From the NCBI GenBank assembly GCA_963727455.1, contig CAVSGG010000017.1, positions 1 to 64,000 on the forward strand: DNA of 64,000 nt. Direction: 5' to 3'. This document shows positions 28,835 through 38,376 of the stretch, one piece after another. The position numbers were made by a program, and so were the translations under genes. This stretch comes from Candidatus Krumholzibacteriota bacterium (GTDB lineage Bacteria; Krumholzibacteriota; Krumholzibacteriia; JAJRXK01). The notes beneath the pieces were generated by a model. The model saw only the letters and a program-made list of their open reading frames with translations, was not told the DNA's origin and made no database searches. Each line of letters opens with the position of its first letter. Positions within the stretch are counted from its first letter, which is position 1.

Positions 28835-30566
28835 ACGAAACCTCCCCGCGTCTTTCTGTGTAGGAAGTAGCCCCCGAGGATTTTGCAGTGTTGTCATGCA
28901 CATAGAATCGCGCCGTTACCCGCTCGCGTTTGCCTCCCCTGAGCGAAGCGTTGAGCTGAAACGTGTTCGTGTCGTCCGTATCAGTTCCGTCGACAGAGGT
29001 CGTGCTCAACGCCAGAGAAGCCCCCAGGGTGAGCTTGTGTCGCATCAGGGCGAGATTCGCCCCCACCAGTGGCCCCGCGACTTCCGTTTTGCTCGTGGAG
29101 AGATCGTAAACTGAACGATTGAAGCCCCCGGTCAAACTCAGATTCCAGGGAATCCAGGTAAACACGTAGGAGGCGTTGAGCTGCGAAGACGTATAACTCT
29201 GGTCGACTAGTCCGTTCTCCGTCTTGTCCTGCATGTCCTGAAGCGACCACACCAGAGAAAGATTGTGCGCGGTGCGCTCGCGTACCAACGAGAGCGTCTG
29301 CGTCAGGCCGAGATTGTTGGTGGCCTGGGCAATTTTGGTAGAAGTACTGTCGATCTGGCTCTTGCCGGGCTTTTGGTCGATCGAATAATTCGAATAGGAG
29401 ACGCCGGCGCTATACTGAGGCAACGGAGTCCAGTCGAGTCGCGTCGAACCAATGATACGATCGGTCTGGAGGTTCTTGTTGGCACTGAGGTTATCGTGCT
29501 GCAGGCCGAGGCTCGCACTGCCCCGGAGTTTCCTCTTGAATGCGATGACGGTAGGTTCGAGGGTGATCTTCTGGAGATCGTTGTTGAAGTAGTAGGCGCC
29601 CATCGAACGGTATTTGGGATCGATACGTTCGAAGCGGAGTTTCGCGCCGCCCCACTTGTCCTTCCAGTCTAATGCCGCGTCGATCGCATTCGATTCCTGC
29701 GTGCTCTCCCGGTGATCCATCAAAAATCCGAAGGCCTTGAGCAAGGGTCCCTGATAGTCACCCTGTAAGGGACTATCCGCGTTCTCCGTGTAGGCACTCT
29801 GGGCCCACTCGATGTGAAAAGTGAGGCGGGGCGTAATCCGGGTCTTCGTGACCAGTCCCACCGCGAGGTTCTCCTCCGGCAAGGCGTTGACCGCAGACGG
29901 TGTTATGTTCAACGAATTCTCGTCGTCCTTACCGTGAACCACCACCAAGGAGGCCGTGTCCTTCTCATTGCCAGCTCCAATGCGCAGGGCATAGCCGTTG
30001 CGCTTGTACACGGGCTGAACCGCGCCCGCGGTGGAGGTGCTGTCGGACTCGATGGCGCGGCGTAGACGTCCGCCGATGAATCCGAAGTGAAACAGCCCGG
30101 GGGACAACTCGACGCCCCCGCCCATGATGCTGTGACCAGCGAGAGTGAATCTCGACCAGGAGAGGCTGCGATATCCCATGTGGAATGTGGCCCAGCGGTA
30201 ATACGGGCTGGCGCCGAAGCGATTCAGCGGCTGCCGGAAGCTACGATTCTGTTCGGTGAGCGTGAAAGCAAAGGGGACCGTCAACCCGTAGAGCTCGAGG
30301 GTGGGGTTGCCGCGGAGGAACCAGGAGTTCGCCTCACGGGTCGCGGGCCGGCCGTCCACGCCATACGAGGCGAGGCCGGCTGAGATCGTGCCGTGGATCT
30401 TTACATCCCGAGACTGGCCCAATTCCTCGAGGTTCTGGGCTCTCAGAGGAGCGGCGAGCAGAGACAGGGCCCCCAGGACTGCGACGGCGAGGCTTCGCAA
30501 CGCGCAGGTCCTGTAGATGGATACATGGACAGGACGAAAGAGTGAGAACGGAGCTTGAAGAAACAT
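28818..30566 (-). CDS. Outer-membrane beta-barrel protein (hypothetical)
   Basis: Signal peptide ending LRA-Q. Amphipathic strands throughout. C-terminal 'GEVSYAVSF' beta-signal. Overlaps the giant gene's start by 17 nt. The true start may be slightly downstream. Confidence 0.8.
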   Translation of the reverse strand: MFLQAPFSLFRPVHVSIYRTCALRSLAVAVLGALSLLAAPLRAQNLEELGQSRDVKIHGTISAGLASYGVDGRPATREANSWFLRGNPTLELYGLTVPFAFTLTEQNRSFRQPLNRFGASPYYRWATFHMGYRSLSWSRFTLAGHSIMGGGVELSPGLFHFGFIGGRLRRAIESDSTSTAGAVQPVYKRNGYALRIGAGNEKDTASLVVVHGKDDENSLNITPSAVNALPEENLAVGLVTKTRITPRLTFHIEWAQSAYTENADSPLQGDYQGPLLKAFGFLMDHRESTQESNAIDAALDWKDKWGGAKLRFERIDPKYRSMGAYYFNNDLQKITLEPTVIAFKRKLRGSASLGLQHDNLSANKNLQTDRIIGSTRLDWTPLPQYSAGVSYSNYSIDQKPGKSQIDSTSTKIAQATNNLGLTQTLSLVRERTAHNLSLVWSLQDMQDKTENGLVDQSYTSSQLNASYVFTWIPWNLSLTGGFNRSVYDLSTSKTEVAGPLVGANLALMRHKLTLGASLALSTTSVDGTDTDDTNTFQLNASLRGGKRERVTARFYVHDNTAKSSGATSYTERRGEVSYAVSF

Positions 30567-30759
30567 GACGATCGTCGATGACGAGCTGCTCGTTATCGAC
30601 TTGGGCAGGCTATTCCTGCTCCTCCCCGATGGTCAAGGACGAAACCTTGCAAAGTGTTCGAAGAAAAGAGTTTAAGAGCACGATATCTGGAGACCGTGAC
30701 AGCTTGGATCTGAGACTCTAGAGTCATATGCTGTTGTATGCTGCGAAGGAAGTGGATCC

Positions 30760-31503
30760 ATGAGCGATGGTTTTTTTCTCATCACAGGAAGCTCGCGCGG
30801 AATTGGCGAAGCTCTGGCGCGCCGTCTTCTTGGCGAGGGACACCTGGTTCTGGGCGTCTCGAGATCCAACCCCGAGAGCCTGGAGTCGGAACGATATCAT
30901 CACCTGAAATGCGATTTGGCGGACACCTCTGCGGCCAGTCAGATCGTGACGAAGGCGGAATCGCTCGTCGACGAGAAGAGCTGTGCGTTCCTCTGTCTCG
31001 TCAACAACGCAGCGCGCCTGGAACCCCTCAAGGCGATCGAAGAGTGCTCGAGCTTCGAGCTCGAAGCTCACGTCCAAATAGGACTCATCGCACCGATGGT
31101 GCTCACTTCCAAGTTCATTCACACCTTTGCGCATCTTCCCTGCCGCAAGAAGGTCGCGTTCATCTCGTCCGGCGCCGCCATTCAGGCCATGCCCGACGCA
31201 AGCGCCTACTGCAGCACCAAAGCCGGTTTGACCATGTTCGCGTGCTGTGTCGGACTCGAGCAGACCCAAGAGGAGGGTGGCTTCGAGACGGTTTCCATCA
31301 ATCCCGGAATGGTGGAAACCGCAATGCAGGTCACCGCGCGATCCAAATCGGATGAAGAATTCAAGATGGCGCCCTATTTCAAGGAAGCCCAGCGGAGTGG
31401 CAAGGTGCAGAAGCTCGAGCCGGTAGTGGAGAAAATCGCGCGGATCCTCCTGCAGCATCAAGATCCGGGAGCGCTCGTGCATTGTGCCGAGATGGAGTCG
31501 TGA
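30760..31503 (+). CDS. SDR family oxidoreductase (benzil/sepiapterin reductase-like)
   Basis: 'ITGSSRGIG', 'NNAA', 'ISSGAA', YxxxK ('YCSTK'), 'PGMVETAMQ'. Confidence 0.9.
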   Translation: MSDGFFLITGSSRGIGEALARRLLGEGHLVLGVSRSNPESLESERYHHLKCDLADTSAASQIVTKAESLVDEKSCAFLCLVNNAARLEPLKAIEECSSFELEAHVQIGLIAPMVLTSKFIHTFAHLPCRKKVAFISSGAAIQAMPDASAYCSTKAGLTMFACCVGLEQTQEEGGFETVSINPGMVETAMQVTARSKSDEEFKMAPYFKEAQRSGKVQKLEPVVEKIARILLQHQDPGALVHCAEMES

Positions 31504-31633
31504 AACCCCATGGCCGCGCTGTTGCGCAGACGTCGAATCCATCAAAACGAGGTGAGAAGGATGCGTCGCTCGACTATCAAGGCAGATTTTCACTGAACGC
31601 GAATTGGACCTGGCCCTTGGAAGGAGAACGAGG

Positions 31634-32110
31634 ATGAAAACTCTTGGGCGTGGAATTTACTTCAGTTTAGTCGGTATGATGTTGCTCATGAGCGGATGTG
31701 GAAAGCAGCCCGGGATCGCTGACCAACGCGCCCTTCTCCTTCAGACGGATCGGGAGTTCTCCGCCTATTCCGTTCTGCACGGCGCGGCCGAAGCATTCAA
31801 GGAGTACTTGGTGGAGGACGCGCTTCAGCTGCCAGCGGGGGAGACTCCCATTCACGGCCGGAAGGGCATCTACGAGGCAATGTCCAAGAGCAGCGGGAGC
31901 TATACTCTCAGTTGGGAACCACAGGACGGCGCGGTCGCGGCGTCGGGAGACATGGCCTACACCTGGGGTATCTATACCGTCAAAATGCCCCAGAAAGACG
32001 GAAGCGAATCGACGAGTCAGGGAAAATACCTGAACGTATGGCGGAAGACAGTCGATGGACAGTGGAGAGTGTTGGTCGATATGGGGAATCAGAGCCCGCC
32101 CGCCGAATGA
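31634..32110 (+). CDS. DUF4440 / NTF2-like lipoprotein
   Basis: Lipobox MSGC. 'LSWEP', 'SGDMAYTWG', 'GKYLNVWRK...WRVLVD'. Confidence 0.85.
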   Translation: MKTLGRGIYFSLVGMMLLMSGCGKQPGIADQRALLLQTDREFSAYSVLHGAAEAFKEYLVEDALQLPAGETPIHGRKGIYEAMSKSSGSYTLSWEPQDGAVAASGDMAYTWGIYTVKMPQKDGSESTSQGKYLNVWRKTVDGQWRVLVDMGNQSPPAE

Positions 32111-32143
32111 GTTGGTTGGGTTGGTGGTGCAAGAATCCGTCGG

Positions 32144-32311
32144 CTAAAACTCATCGAAGTCCTCGTCTTCTTCTTCGAACTCGTCCCGAGGGTGCTCGGG
32201 TTCGCCGCCGCGACGCTTCAGGCGCTTTCGCTCCAGTTTTTCTTCTCGTTTCTTTTTCTTCTTCAATTCCTTCTTTCGTTTCTCCACGCCATAGTTGGTC
32301 CGTTTCGCCAT
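32144..32311 (-). CDS. 55-aa basic/acidic small protein (below the ORF-track cutoff)
   Basis: Strong RBS AGGAGGTG. Translation by hand: MAKRTNYGVEKRKKELKKKKKREEKLERKRLKRRGGEPEHPRDEFEEEDEDFDEF*. Confidence 0.8.
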   Translation of the reverse strand: MAKRTNYGVEKRKKELKKKKKREEKLERKRLKRRGGEPEHPRDEFEEEDEDFDEF

Positions 32312-32450
32312 TGCGTTGAGCACCTCCTGACATGCTCGGGTTCCTCCGGCGGCGAGAGCCGGACACCCATGCCGCGCCCTTTGCCAAATTTCGACCTGCA
32401 GTAGATTTTATCCGATTCGCGCCAGCGAGGGAATTGCCAAAGGCCCGGAA

Positions 32451-33104
32451 TTACAGCACGTAGCGCAAAACCGCGAAGTAGTGGCAAGCACTGCCCGCCA
32501 GCACGAAGAGATGCCAAATTGCGTGATGGTAGGGAACGCGCCGGGAGAGGTAGAAGTAGATTCCTCCAGAATAGGCCGCCCCTCCGGCAGCGAGCAAGAG
32601 AATGCCGCCCGAAGGTAAATTCGTCGCCAAGGGCCGGGCCGGCACCACCACGAGCCATCCCATGAGAAGGTACAGGGCCAATGAGATCCAGCGAAAGCGC
32701 CGCCGGAGCACCGCTTCCTGGGCCACCCCGATCAGGGCCAGCCCCCAGATCACCCCGAACAGGCTCCAGCCCCATGCGCCTCGAAGCGTAACCAGAGTGA
32801 AAGGCGTGTAAGTCCCGGCGATGAGCAGATAAATTGCGCTGTGGTCGAGCGCGCGGAAGACGTTCTTTGCCCGCGAGGGGGGCAGGCCGTGGTACAGAGT
32901 CGAGACGAGGTAGAGGAGGAAGAGGCTCGTGCCGTAGACCGAGGCTGCCACGATCCGCCATGGATCGCCACCTTCTGCGGCATCGACCACCAGCACCAAA
33001 AGCCCCCCGAGCGCGAGAAGGGCGCCCAGGCCGTGGGTGAGGACGTGCGCGCGTTCCTCGGCGCGCGTGTGCCGGTACTCGCCGCGGTTCTCGATGGCAG
33101 GCAT
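32451..33104 (-). CDS. Hemolysin III / PAQR (TrhA-like) membrane protein
   Basis: 'EERAHVLTHGLG', 'STLYH', 'DHSAIYLLIAGTYTPF', 'HAIWHLFVLAGSACH'. Confidence 0.93.
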   Translation of the reverse strand: MPAIENRGEYRHTRAEERAHVLTHGLGALLALGGLLVLVVDAAEGGDPWRIVAASVYGTSLFLLYLVSTLYHGLPPSRAKNVFRALDHSAIYLLIAGTYTPFTLVTLRGAWGWSLFGVIWGLALIGVAQEAVLRRRFRWISLALYLLMGWLVVVPARPLATNLPSGGILLLAAGGAAYSGGIYFYLSRRVPYHHAIWHLFVLAGSACHYFAVLRYVL

Positions 33105-33374
33105 CCTCGCGTAGAAGGTTCGAAGACAATGGATAGGTAGGCTGGCGAGGGCGCATTGCCAAATTGGCAGAGCGGCTCTAATCTGGAAGCTAAGTCTGCG
33201 CGGCCCGCGCCCAGTGGCCGACGCAAACTTACTTTGTGCGTCCCCCACTGCAAAAAGGAGTCCGCGGACACGGAGGCCTGGCTGCACGCCGGAGCTGGTT
33301 CTCTGTGGCCGATCGAGGGTCCTTGCGCGGGGAGTGCGCGGAGTGCTCCTACAGCTCGAAAGCCGAGTGAAGCC

Positions 33375-33731
33375 ATGCCCGAGAACCTGCGCATCGATCG
33401 CGAGCGGGGGATCATCCTGGTCGAGTCCCGTGGCGCCGTCAGTGTGGCCGACATTCGTGCGTCCATCGAGGCAGTGGAGGCGATCTTCGCCGAGGAAGGC
33501 CTCGACAAGACCCTGGTCGATGCGCGAACCCAGGACCAACCCCCCTCGATCACCGAGCTTTACGAAATCGCCTCGAATCTGCCCCGGGGCATACGGATCG
33601 CCCTTTTGACCAGCAGTGGGACTCCCGCCGAGGATGGCCTGCGCTTTTTGGAGACGGTGGCCAAGAACACCGGGCTGGAAGTGAGGGTGTTTCTCGACGA
33701 GGACGAGGCTCTACGCTGGTTGAATCACTGA
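33375..33731 (+). CDS. SpoIIAA-like (STAS/SEC14) small protein
   Basis: 'TLVDAR', 'RIALL', 'FLETVAKNTG.EVRVF.DEDEALRWL'. Confidence 0.65.
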   Translation: MPENLRIDRERGIILVESRGAVSVADIRASIEAVEAIFAEEGLDKTLVDARTQDQPPSITELYEIASNLPRGIRIALLTSSGTPAEDGLRFLETVAKNTGLEVRVFLDEDEALRWLNH

Positions 33732-34780
33732 GCCTTGAGTTCGGCGTGATACACCTGACCGTAGATCTCCCATAGCGTCAGGCACACCGCCGCCAGAATG
33801 GGGCCCAGAAGAAGTCCGGGGATGCCGAACAAACTCAGACCCCCCAAAGTGCTGAAGAGAATCATGAGCTGGTGCATCTGGGTGTCCTTCCCCGCCATCA
33901 AGGGCCGCAGGAAATTGTCGACGGCTCCCACGATCAAGAGGAACCACAGGGAGAGCAAGATCGCAGTGGTCAAGTGTCCAGCCACCGCCAGATAGATCAC
34001 AGCGGGTACCCAGATGAGGCCGGTGCCCACTCCCGGAACCACGGAGAGCACGACCATGAGGGCCCCCCAGAAGACCGGACCGTGGAGACCGGCGACCCAA
34101 AAACCGATTCCGCCGAGAAGTCCCTGCAAGAGCCCGATGGCCAGCGTGCCGCGCAGCATGGCTCGGCCCACCGACACGAAGCGACTGATCATCTTCATCT
34201 CGTCATCGCGTGAAAGCGGAAGATAGTAGAGGAACTTGTCCAGGGCCTTCTGCCCATCCTTGAGCAGAAAGTACATGCAGTAGCCGAAGAGAAAGAAGTG
34301 GAAGAGGAAGTTCGCGGTGCGTCCGGTGACCCCTGCAACTCCGCTGACGAAGTAGTGACCCGTACTCTGCACGATCGCCATCACTTTGGTCAGCACTTCT
34401 TTTCGATCCAAGCCAATGTCATCGAGAATCGGCAGTAGATCGTAAACTCGGGCCAAGGGATCCGGTTTGGCGAGTTGCTGTTCCACCCATGGCCGTATGG
34501 TGTGACTCACCTCGATGGCTTGATTCGCCGCGACCACCACCATGAACAGCAAGGGGACGATCACGATCAGCAGAACGATGAGGAGAGTGGTAAGGGAGGC
34601 GAGGCTACGCTTTCCCCGGAACAGTCGTTCCAGACCTCGATAGAGCGGCTGAGACAGCCCCGAGAAGATGGCGGCCAAGAGAAAGGTGACCAGGAAATGC
34701 TTGACCATCGCGAAGAAGAGCGCGGTGATCAAGAGAGTGATCGCGAGCACGCTTGCCTTGACGAATGTCGGACGACTCAT
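33725..34780 (-). CDS. AI-2E family transporter
   Basis: 'YFLLKDG', 'PGVGTGLIWVP', 'DNFLRP', 'GGLSLFGIPGLLLGP'. Confidence 0.92.
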   Translation of the reverse strand: MSRPTFVKASVLAITLLITALFFAMVKHFLVTFLLAAIFSGLSQPLYRGLERLFRGKRSLASLTTLLIVLLIVIVPLLFMVVVAANQAIEVSHTIRPWVEQQLAKPDPLARVYDLLPILDDIGLDRKEVLTKVMAIVQSTGHYFVSGVAGVTGRTANFLFHFFLFGYCMYFLLKDGQKALDKFLYYLPLSRDDEMKMISRFVSVGRAMLRGTLAIGLLQGLLGGIGFWVAGLHGPVFWGALMVVLSVVPGVGTGLIWVPAVIYLAVAGHLTTAILLSLWFLLIVGAVDNFLRPLMAGKDTQMHQLMILFSTLGGLSLFGIPGLLLGPILAAVCLTLWEIYGQVYHAELKAQ

Positions 34781-34856
34781 GCGTGGAGGCTAGCATTGGC
34801 TGCGCAGGGGGCCAAGAACTATCGCTTCCCCTCAACCCGAGCCTGTCGCCCCGGGT

Positions 34857-35288
34857 TCAGCCAGTCATGATGTATTTCTCGAGCTGTTCTATGTGGAATT
34901 CGTGCTCCGAGATGATGGCTTTCACGACGTCGCCAATGGAGATGACTCCGACCACGTTGCCGCTGTCCACGACGGGCAGGTGGCGGATGCGGCGCTCTGT
35001 CATCACGGCCATCGCCTCTTCCACCGGAGCGTCGGGAGGGATGCACAGGACTTTAGTCGACATGATCTCCTCGACTTTGCATTCGCGTGAGGACTTTCCC
35101 TGGAGAATGACCTTGCGCGCGTAGTCTCTTTCGGAAAGCAGACCCACGAGTTTGTCGTCGGTCATCACGAGCAGGGCACCGACCCCTTTTTCCGAGAGCA
35201 TTTGGACGGCCTCGTAGACCGTAGCGTCAGGGGAGATGTGATAGATTTCGTAGCCTTTGCTCTTCAACAGGTGTTTGATCTTCTTCAT
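34857..35288 (-). CDS. CBS domain pair protein
   Basis: RBS AGGAG. 'GVGALLV', 'SERDYARKV', 'IRHLPV', 'ISIGDVVK'. Confidence 0.92.
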   Translation of the reverse strand: MKKIKHLLKSKGYEIYHISPDATVYEAVQMLSEKGVGALLVMTDDKLVGLLSERDYARKVILQGKSSRECKVEEIMSTKVLCIPPDAPVEEAMAVMTERRIRHLPVVDSGNVVGVISIGDVVKAIISEHEFHIEQLEKYIMTG

Positions 35289-35469
35289 ACGAACTCCTCT
35301 TGAGCGGGCGCAAACGAGAAGGCACCAAGGGACGTCCCTTTCAAAAGATCTACAGCGGCGGAGGGGTGGGCGCAAGCCAAGGTTCCATCCGCCAAGGGCT
35401 TAGGACGGAGTCTTTTGGCCGCGTTTCCGCCTGCACAGTTTGCTAGGCAAGGGGGCCGAGGCATGGTAG

Positions 35470-35509
35470 GAAGTCTCCTAGTGGCTTGTTCCTCAGCCCA
35501 GGAGACTTC
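35470..35509 (+). promoter_or_regulatory. Hairpin sequestering the Shine-Dalgarno sequence of the alanine/glycine symporter gene
   Basis: GAAGTCTCCT (35470-35479) is the exact reverse complement of AGGAGACTTC (35500-35509), which contains the SD. An inner GGCT/AGCC stem adds 4 bp. Confidence 0.5.
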
Positions 35510-35511
35510 GC

Positions 35512-36870
35512 ATGGCGCAGCTCACCTTCCTCTTGAGGCAGGCTTCGGATTTCATTTGGGGTCCGTGGCTGCTCATTCCTCTGCTGCTCTTTACAGGCCT
35601 CTACCTGACGCTGCGCCTCAAGGGTCTGCAGTTCAAGGAGCTGTACGGTGCCCTGTACTTGGCATTGATCGTCCGCAAGGACAAGGGTGCCACGGGGGAC
35701 ATCTCGCACTTTCAGGCGCTGATGACCGCACTGGCCGCTACGGTCGGTACGGGGAACATCGTAGGCGTGGCCACCGCGATTGCCCTGGGTGGACCAGGCG
35801 CCGTTTTTTGGATGTGGATGACCGGCCTGTTGGGGATGGCTACCAAGTACTCCGAAGCTCTGCTCGCCGTCCACTATCGCGTAACCGATCACCGCGGCGA
35901 GCAGGCGGGTGGTCCCATGTACTATCTCTCGCGGGGAATTCGCGCGCAGCCCTTGGGCAAGATCCTCGGCCTTCTCTTCGCGATCTTCGCAGCAATCGCG
36001 GCCTTCGGGATTGGCAACATGGTGCAATCGAACTCCGTTGCACAAGCATTGCACGAGAGCTTCAACATCTCCGTCGTCCTCACGGGGATCGTGCTGGCCG
36101 TTGGCGCGGGAGCGGTGATCCTAGGGGGAATTCGCAGTATTGGAAGGTTCACTTCTGCCTTCGTGCCCGTGATGATCGCCGTATACATGGCGGGGACGCT
36201 CGTCATTTTGCTTCGATTCGCCGGGGCAATTCCCCACGCGCTGGTGCTCATCATCCACGACGCCTTCAACGGAACTGCACTCAGCGGTGGATTTGCCGGT
36301 GCGGCAGTGGCTGCCGCGATCCGCTTCGGAGTTGCCCGGGGAATCTTCTCGAACGAATCGGGATTGGGCTCCGCCGCCATCGCCGCTGCGGCAGCGCAAA
36401 CCGAAGAACCCGTCCGGCAGGCCATGGTCTCCATGACCCAGACTTTCATCGATACCATCGTCGTATGTTCACTCACTGCCCTGGTCATTCTTACCACCGG
36501 CGCCTGGGAGAGCGGCGCAAACGGCGCCCCTCTCACCCAACTGGCGTTCAGTCGTGGTCTTCCCGGAGAATGGGGGGGATGGCTGGTGGCGATCAGTCTT
36601 TCGATGTTCGCCTTCTCGACCATTCTAGGCTGGAGTTACTACGGGGAGAAGAGCATCGAGTATCTGCTCGGAGAACGCTGGATTCCGGTCTACCGGGTTC
36701 TCTTCGTGGCAGCAGTTCTGTTTGGGGCCATTCGCAGTCTCAATTTTGTGTGGACCGTTTCGGACGTAATGAACGGTCTGATGGCTCTGCCGAACCTCAT
36801 CGGTCTTTTGCTCTTGAGCGGGGTCATCGTCGGCCAGACGCGCAGCTACTTCCAAAGGCGAGCGCGCTAG
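35512..36870 (+). CDS. Alanine/glycine:cation symporter (AGCS)
   Basis: '[15 protein letters not shown]', '[10 protein letters not shown]', 'GGPMYY', '[12 protein letters not shown]', 'FIDTIVVC'. Confidence 0.95.
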   Translation: MAQLTFLLRQASDFIWGPWLLIPLLLFTGLYLTLRLKGLQFKELYGALYLALIVRKDKGATGDISHFQALMTALAATVGTGNIVGVATAIALGGPGAVFWMWMTGLLGMATKYSEALLAVHYRVTDHRGEQAGGPMYYLSRGIRAQPLGKILGLLFAIFAAIAAFGIGNMVQSNSVAQALHESFNISVVLTGIVLAVGAGAVILGGIRSIGRFTSAFVPVMIAVYMAGTLVILLRFAGAIPHALVLIIHDAFNGTALSGGFAGAAVAAAIRFGVARGIFSNESGLGSAAIAAAAAQTEEPVRQAMVSMTQTFIDTIVVCSLTALVILTTGAWESGANGAPLTQLAFSRGLPGEWGGWLVAISLSMFAFSTILGWSYYGEKSIEYLLGERWIPVYRVLFVAAVLFGAIRSLNFVWTVSDVMNGLMALPNLIGLLLLSGVIVGQTRSYFQRRAR

Positions 36871-36892
36871 GAGAGTCTCGAGCCCACGCGTT

Positions 36893-37564
36893 TCAGTGTA
36901 GTACTCTCTTCAGCCACGCGCCGATGGCCTGGATCTCTTCCAGCACGACCTGGTGTTGCATGGGGTACTCGTGCCATTGTACCGAGTAACCCAATTCCCG
37001 CAGACGGTCGCGCGCCGCGGTGCCCTTGTCGAAGGGAACCATGGGGTCGAAGGTTCCGTGAGCCTGAAAGATGGGAATGTCGGCGTTGATCCCACTGCGC
37101 TCCCGCTCGAGACTCGACTCCAGGAGCAAATAGGTGCTCAGAGCCAGGATACCCGCTAGACGCTCTGAGTAGCGCAACCCCGTGAACAGTGAAATCGCTC
37201 CGCCCTGGGAGAACCCGGCCAGGAGGATACACTCGCTGGGGACGCCGCGCTCGTTTTCCCGGACGATGAGTTCCTCGAGCCGTCCCGAGGAATCTCGGAT
37301 GCCCTTTTCGTCGTGTCCACGCTTCAAATCGAGCTCGACGATGTCGTACCAAGCTCGCATGACCATTCCCTGGTTCAGGGTCACCGGGATTCTAGGCGCA
37401 TGAGGGAAGACGAAACGAATCGCGTGGTCCTCGGGAAGTCCCAGGGCAGGCACGATCGGCGGAAAATCGTGGCCGTCAGCGCCCAATCCGTGCAGCCAGA
37501 TCACCGAGCTGGTGGCCTTTTGGCGGGGTTCGATTTCAACGCATTCCAGATATGCGGCACTCAC
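36893..37564 (-). CDS. Carboxylesterase/phospholipase (alpha/beta hydrolase)
   Basis: 'WLHGLGADG', 'MRAWYDI', GFSQGG, 'HGTFD', 'YPMQH'. Confidence 0.93.
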   Translation of the reverse strand: MSAAYLECVEIEPRQKATSSVIWLHGLGADGHDFPPIVPALGLPEDHAIRFVFPHAPRIPVTLNQGMVMRAWYDIVELDLKRGHDEKGIRDSSGRLEELIVRENERGVPSECILLAGFSQGGAISLFTGLRYSERLAGILALSTYLLLESSLERERSGINADIPIFQAHGTFDPMVPFDKGTAARDRLRELGYSVQWHEYPMQHQVVLEEIQAIGAWLKRVLH

Positions 37565-37713
37565 ATCGCTTCCTCGCGAAACAGGGTCCCCGGCAAGCTA
37601 TTTCCAGCCGAAGCTGTGGGCAAGTCCAATTCCACTCACCCGATGCTCGCGCATGGCTTCCTTTGCGCGTACTCTTCGAGCTAGGAGTTTCGCACCACAT
37701 CTGGAGGCATAGG

Positions 37714-38376
37714 ATGAAACGCTTCACTCTCGCGCGGGTCTTCGTCCTCGCACTCGTCTTCGGGCTATTCTCTTCGGCTACGGCTACGGCAGCCAAGAAG
37801 GACCGTCAGCAGCCACGCATTGCCAAGCAAAAGGTCGATGTGCCGCTCGACAAGATTCGAGTGAGCGACGGCGATACCATGGTCATCGATTGGGCCGAGG
37901 GTGATCGCGAGCGAGTTCGTGTCTTGGGAATCGATACCCCTGAGATCGCCCACGAAGGCCACTTTCTCACCGAGGATCAACCGCACGGGCAGGAAGCGCG
38001 CGAATTCGCCACGAAACTCTTCGCTGAGGCCAAGCACATTCAGCTCTTGCGTGCCGACCAAACCGATACCTACGGTCGCACCCTCGGCTTCTTCTTCCTG
38101 GACGGGGAAAACTACTCGCCGATGGTGTTGCGCGCGCGGCTGGCCTACGAGACGGTGAGTCATTACGGCGACAACGGCTTCCCTGAGGAGGCGGCAGAGT
38201 GTCTGCAGGCCGCGAAGGAGGCCCAGAAGGAAGGGAAGTTGGACTTCGAGCAGCCCTATCTCTTTCGGCGCATGATGCGCGAGCGTCAGGAGGCTGCCAA
38301 GGCACCCAAGTCGAAGCGGCCGAGCAAGGCTTCCGAGAATGCCAAGGAGAAGAAGGCCGAAGGGGGCGGGCGCTAG
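37714..38376 (+). CDS. Exported thermonuclease (SNase) family protein
   Basis: Signal peptide. 'DGDT', 'RVLGIDTPE', 'DTYGRTLG'. Confidence 0.88.
   Translation: MKRFTLARVFVLALVFGLFSSATATAAKKDRQQPRIAKQKVDVPLDKIRVSDGDTMVIDWAEGDRERVRVLGIDTPEIAHEGHFLTEDQPHGQEAREFATKLFAEAKHIQLLRADQTDTYGRTLGFFFLDGENYSPMVLRARLAYETVSHYGDNGFPEEAAECLQAAKEAQKEGKLDFEQPYLFRRMMRERQEAAKAPKSKRPSKASENAKEKKAEGGGR

Noticed and set aside
30714-30725. 12-bp palindrome GACTCTAGAGTC in the divergent region upstream of the barrel cassette
   Set aside because: Short enough to occur by chance, and no second copy was seen.
33105-33539. Apparent N-terminal extension of the hemolysin III ORF
   Set aside because: It overlaps the divergent SpoIIAA-like gene. 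Family similarity begins near 33104.
35415-36989. 524-aa ORF overlapping the AGCS gene
   Set aside because: Alternate-frame, Arg-rich translation with no motifs.
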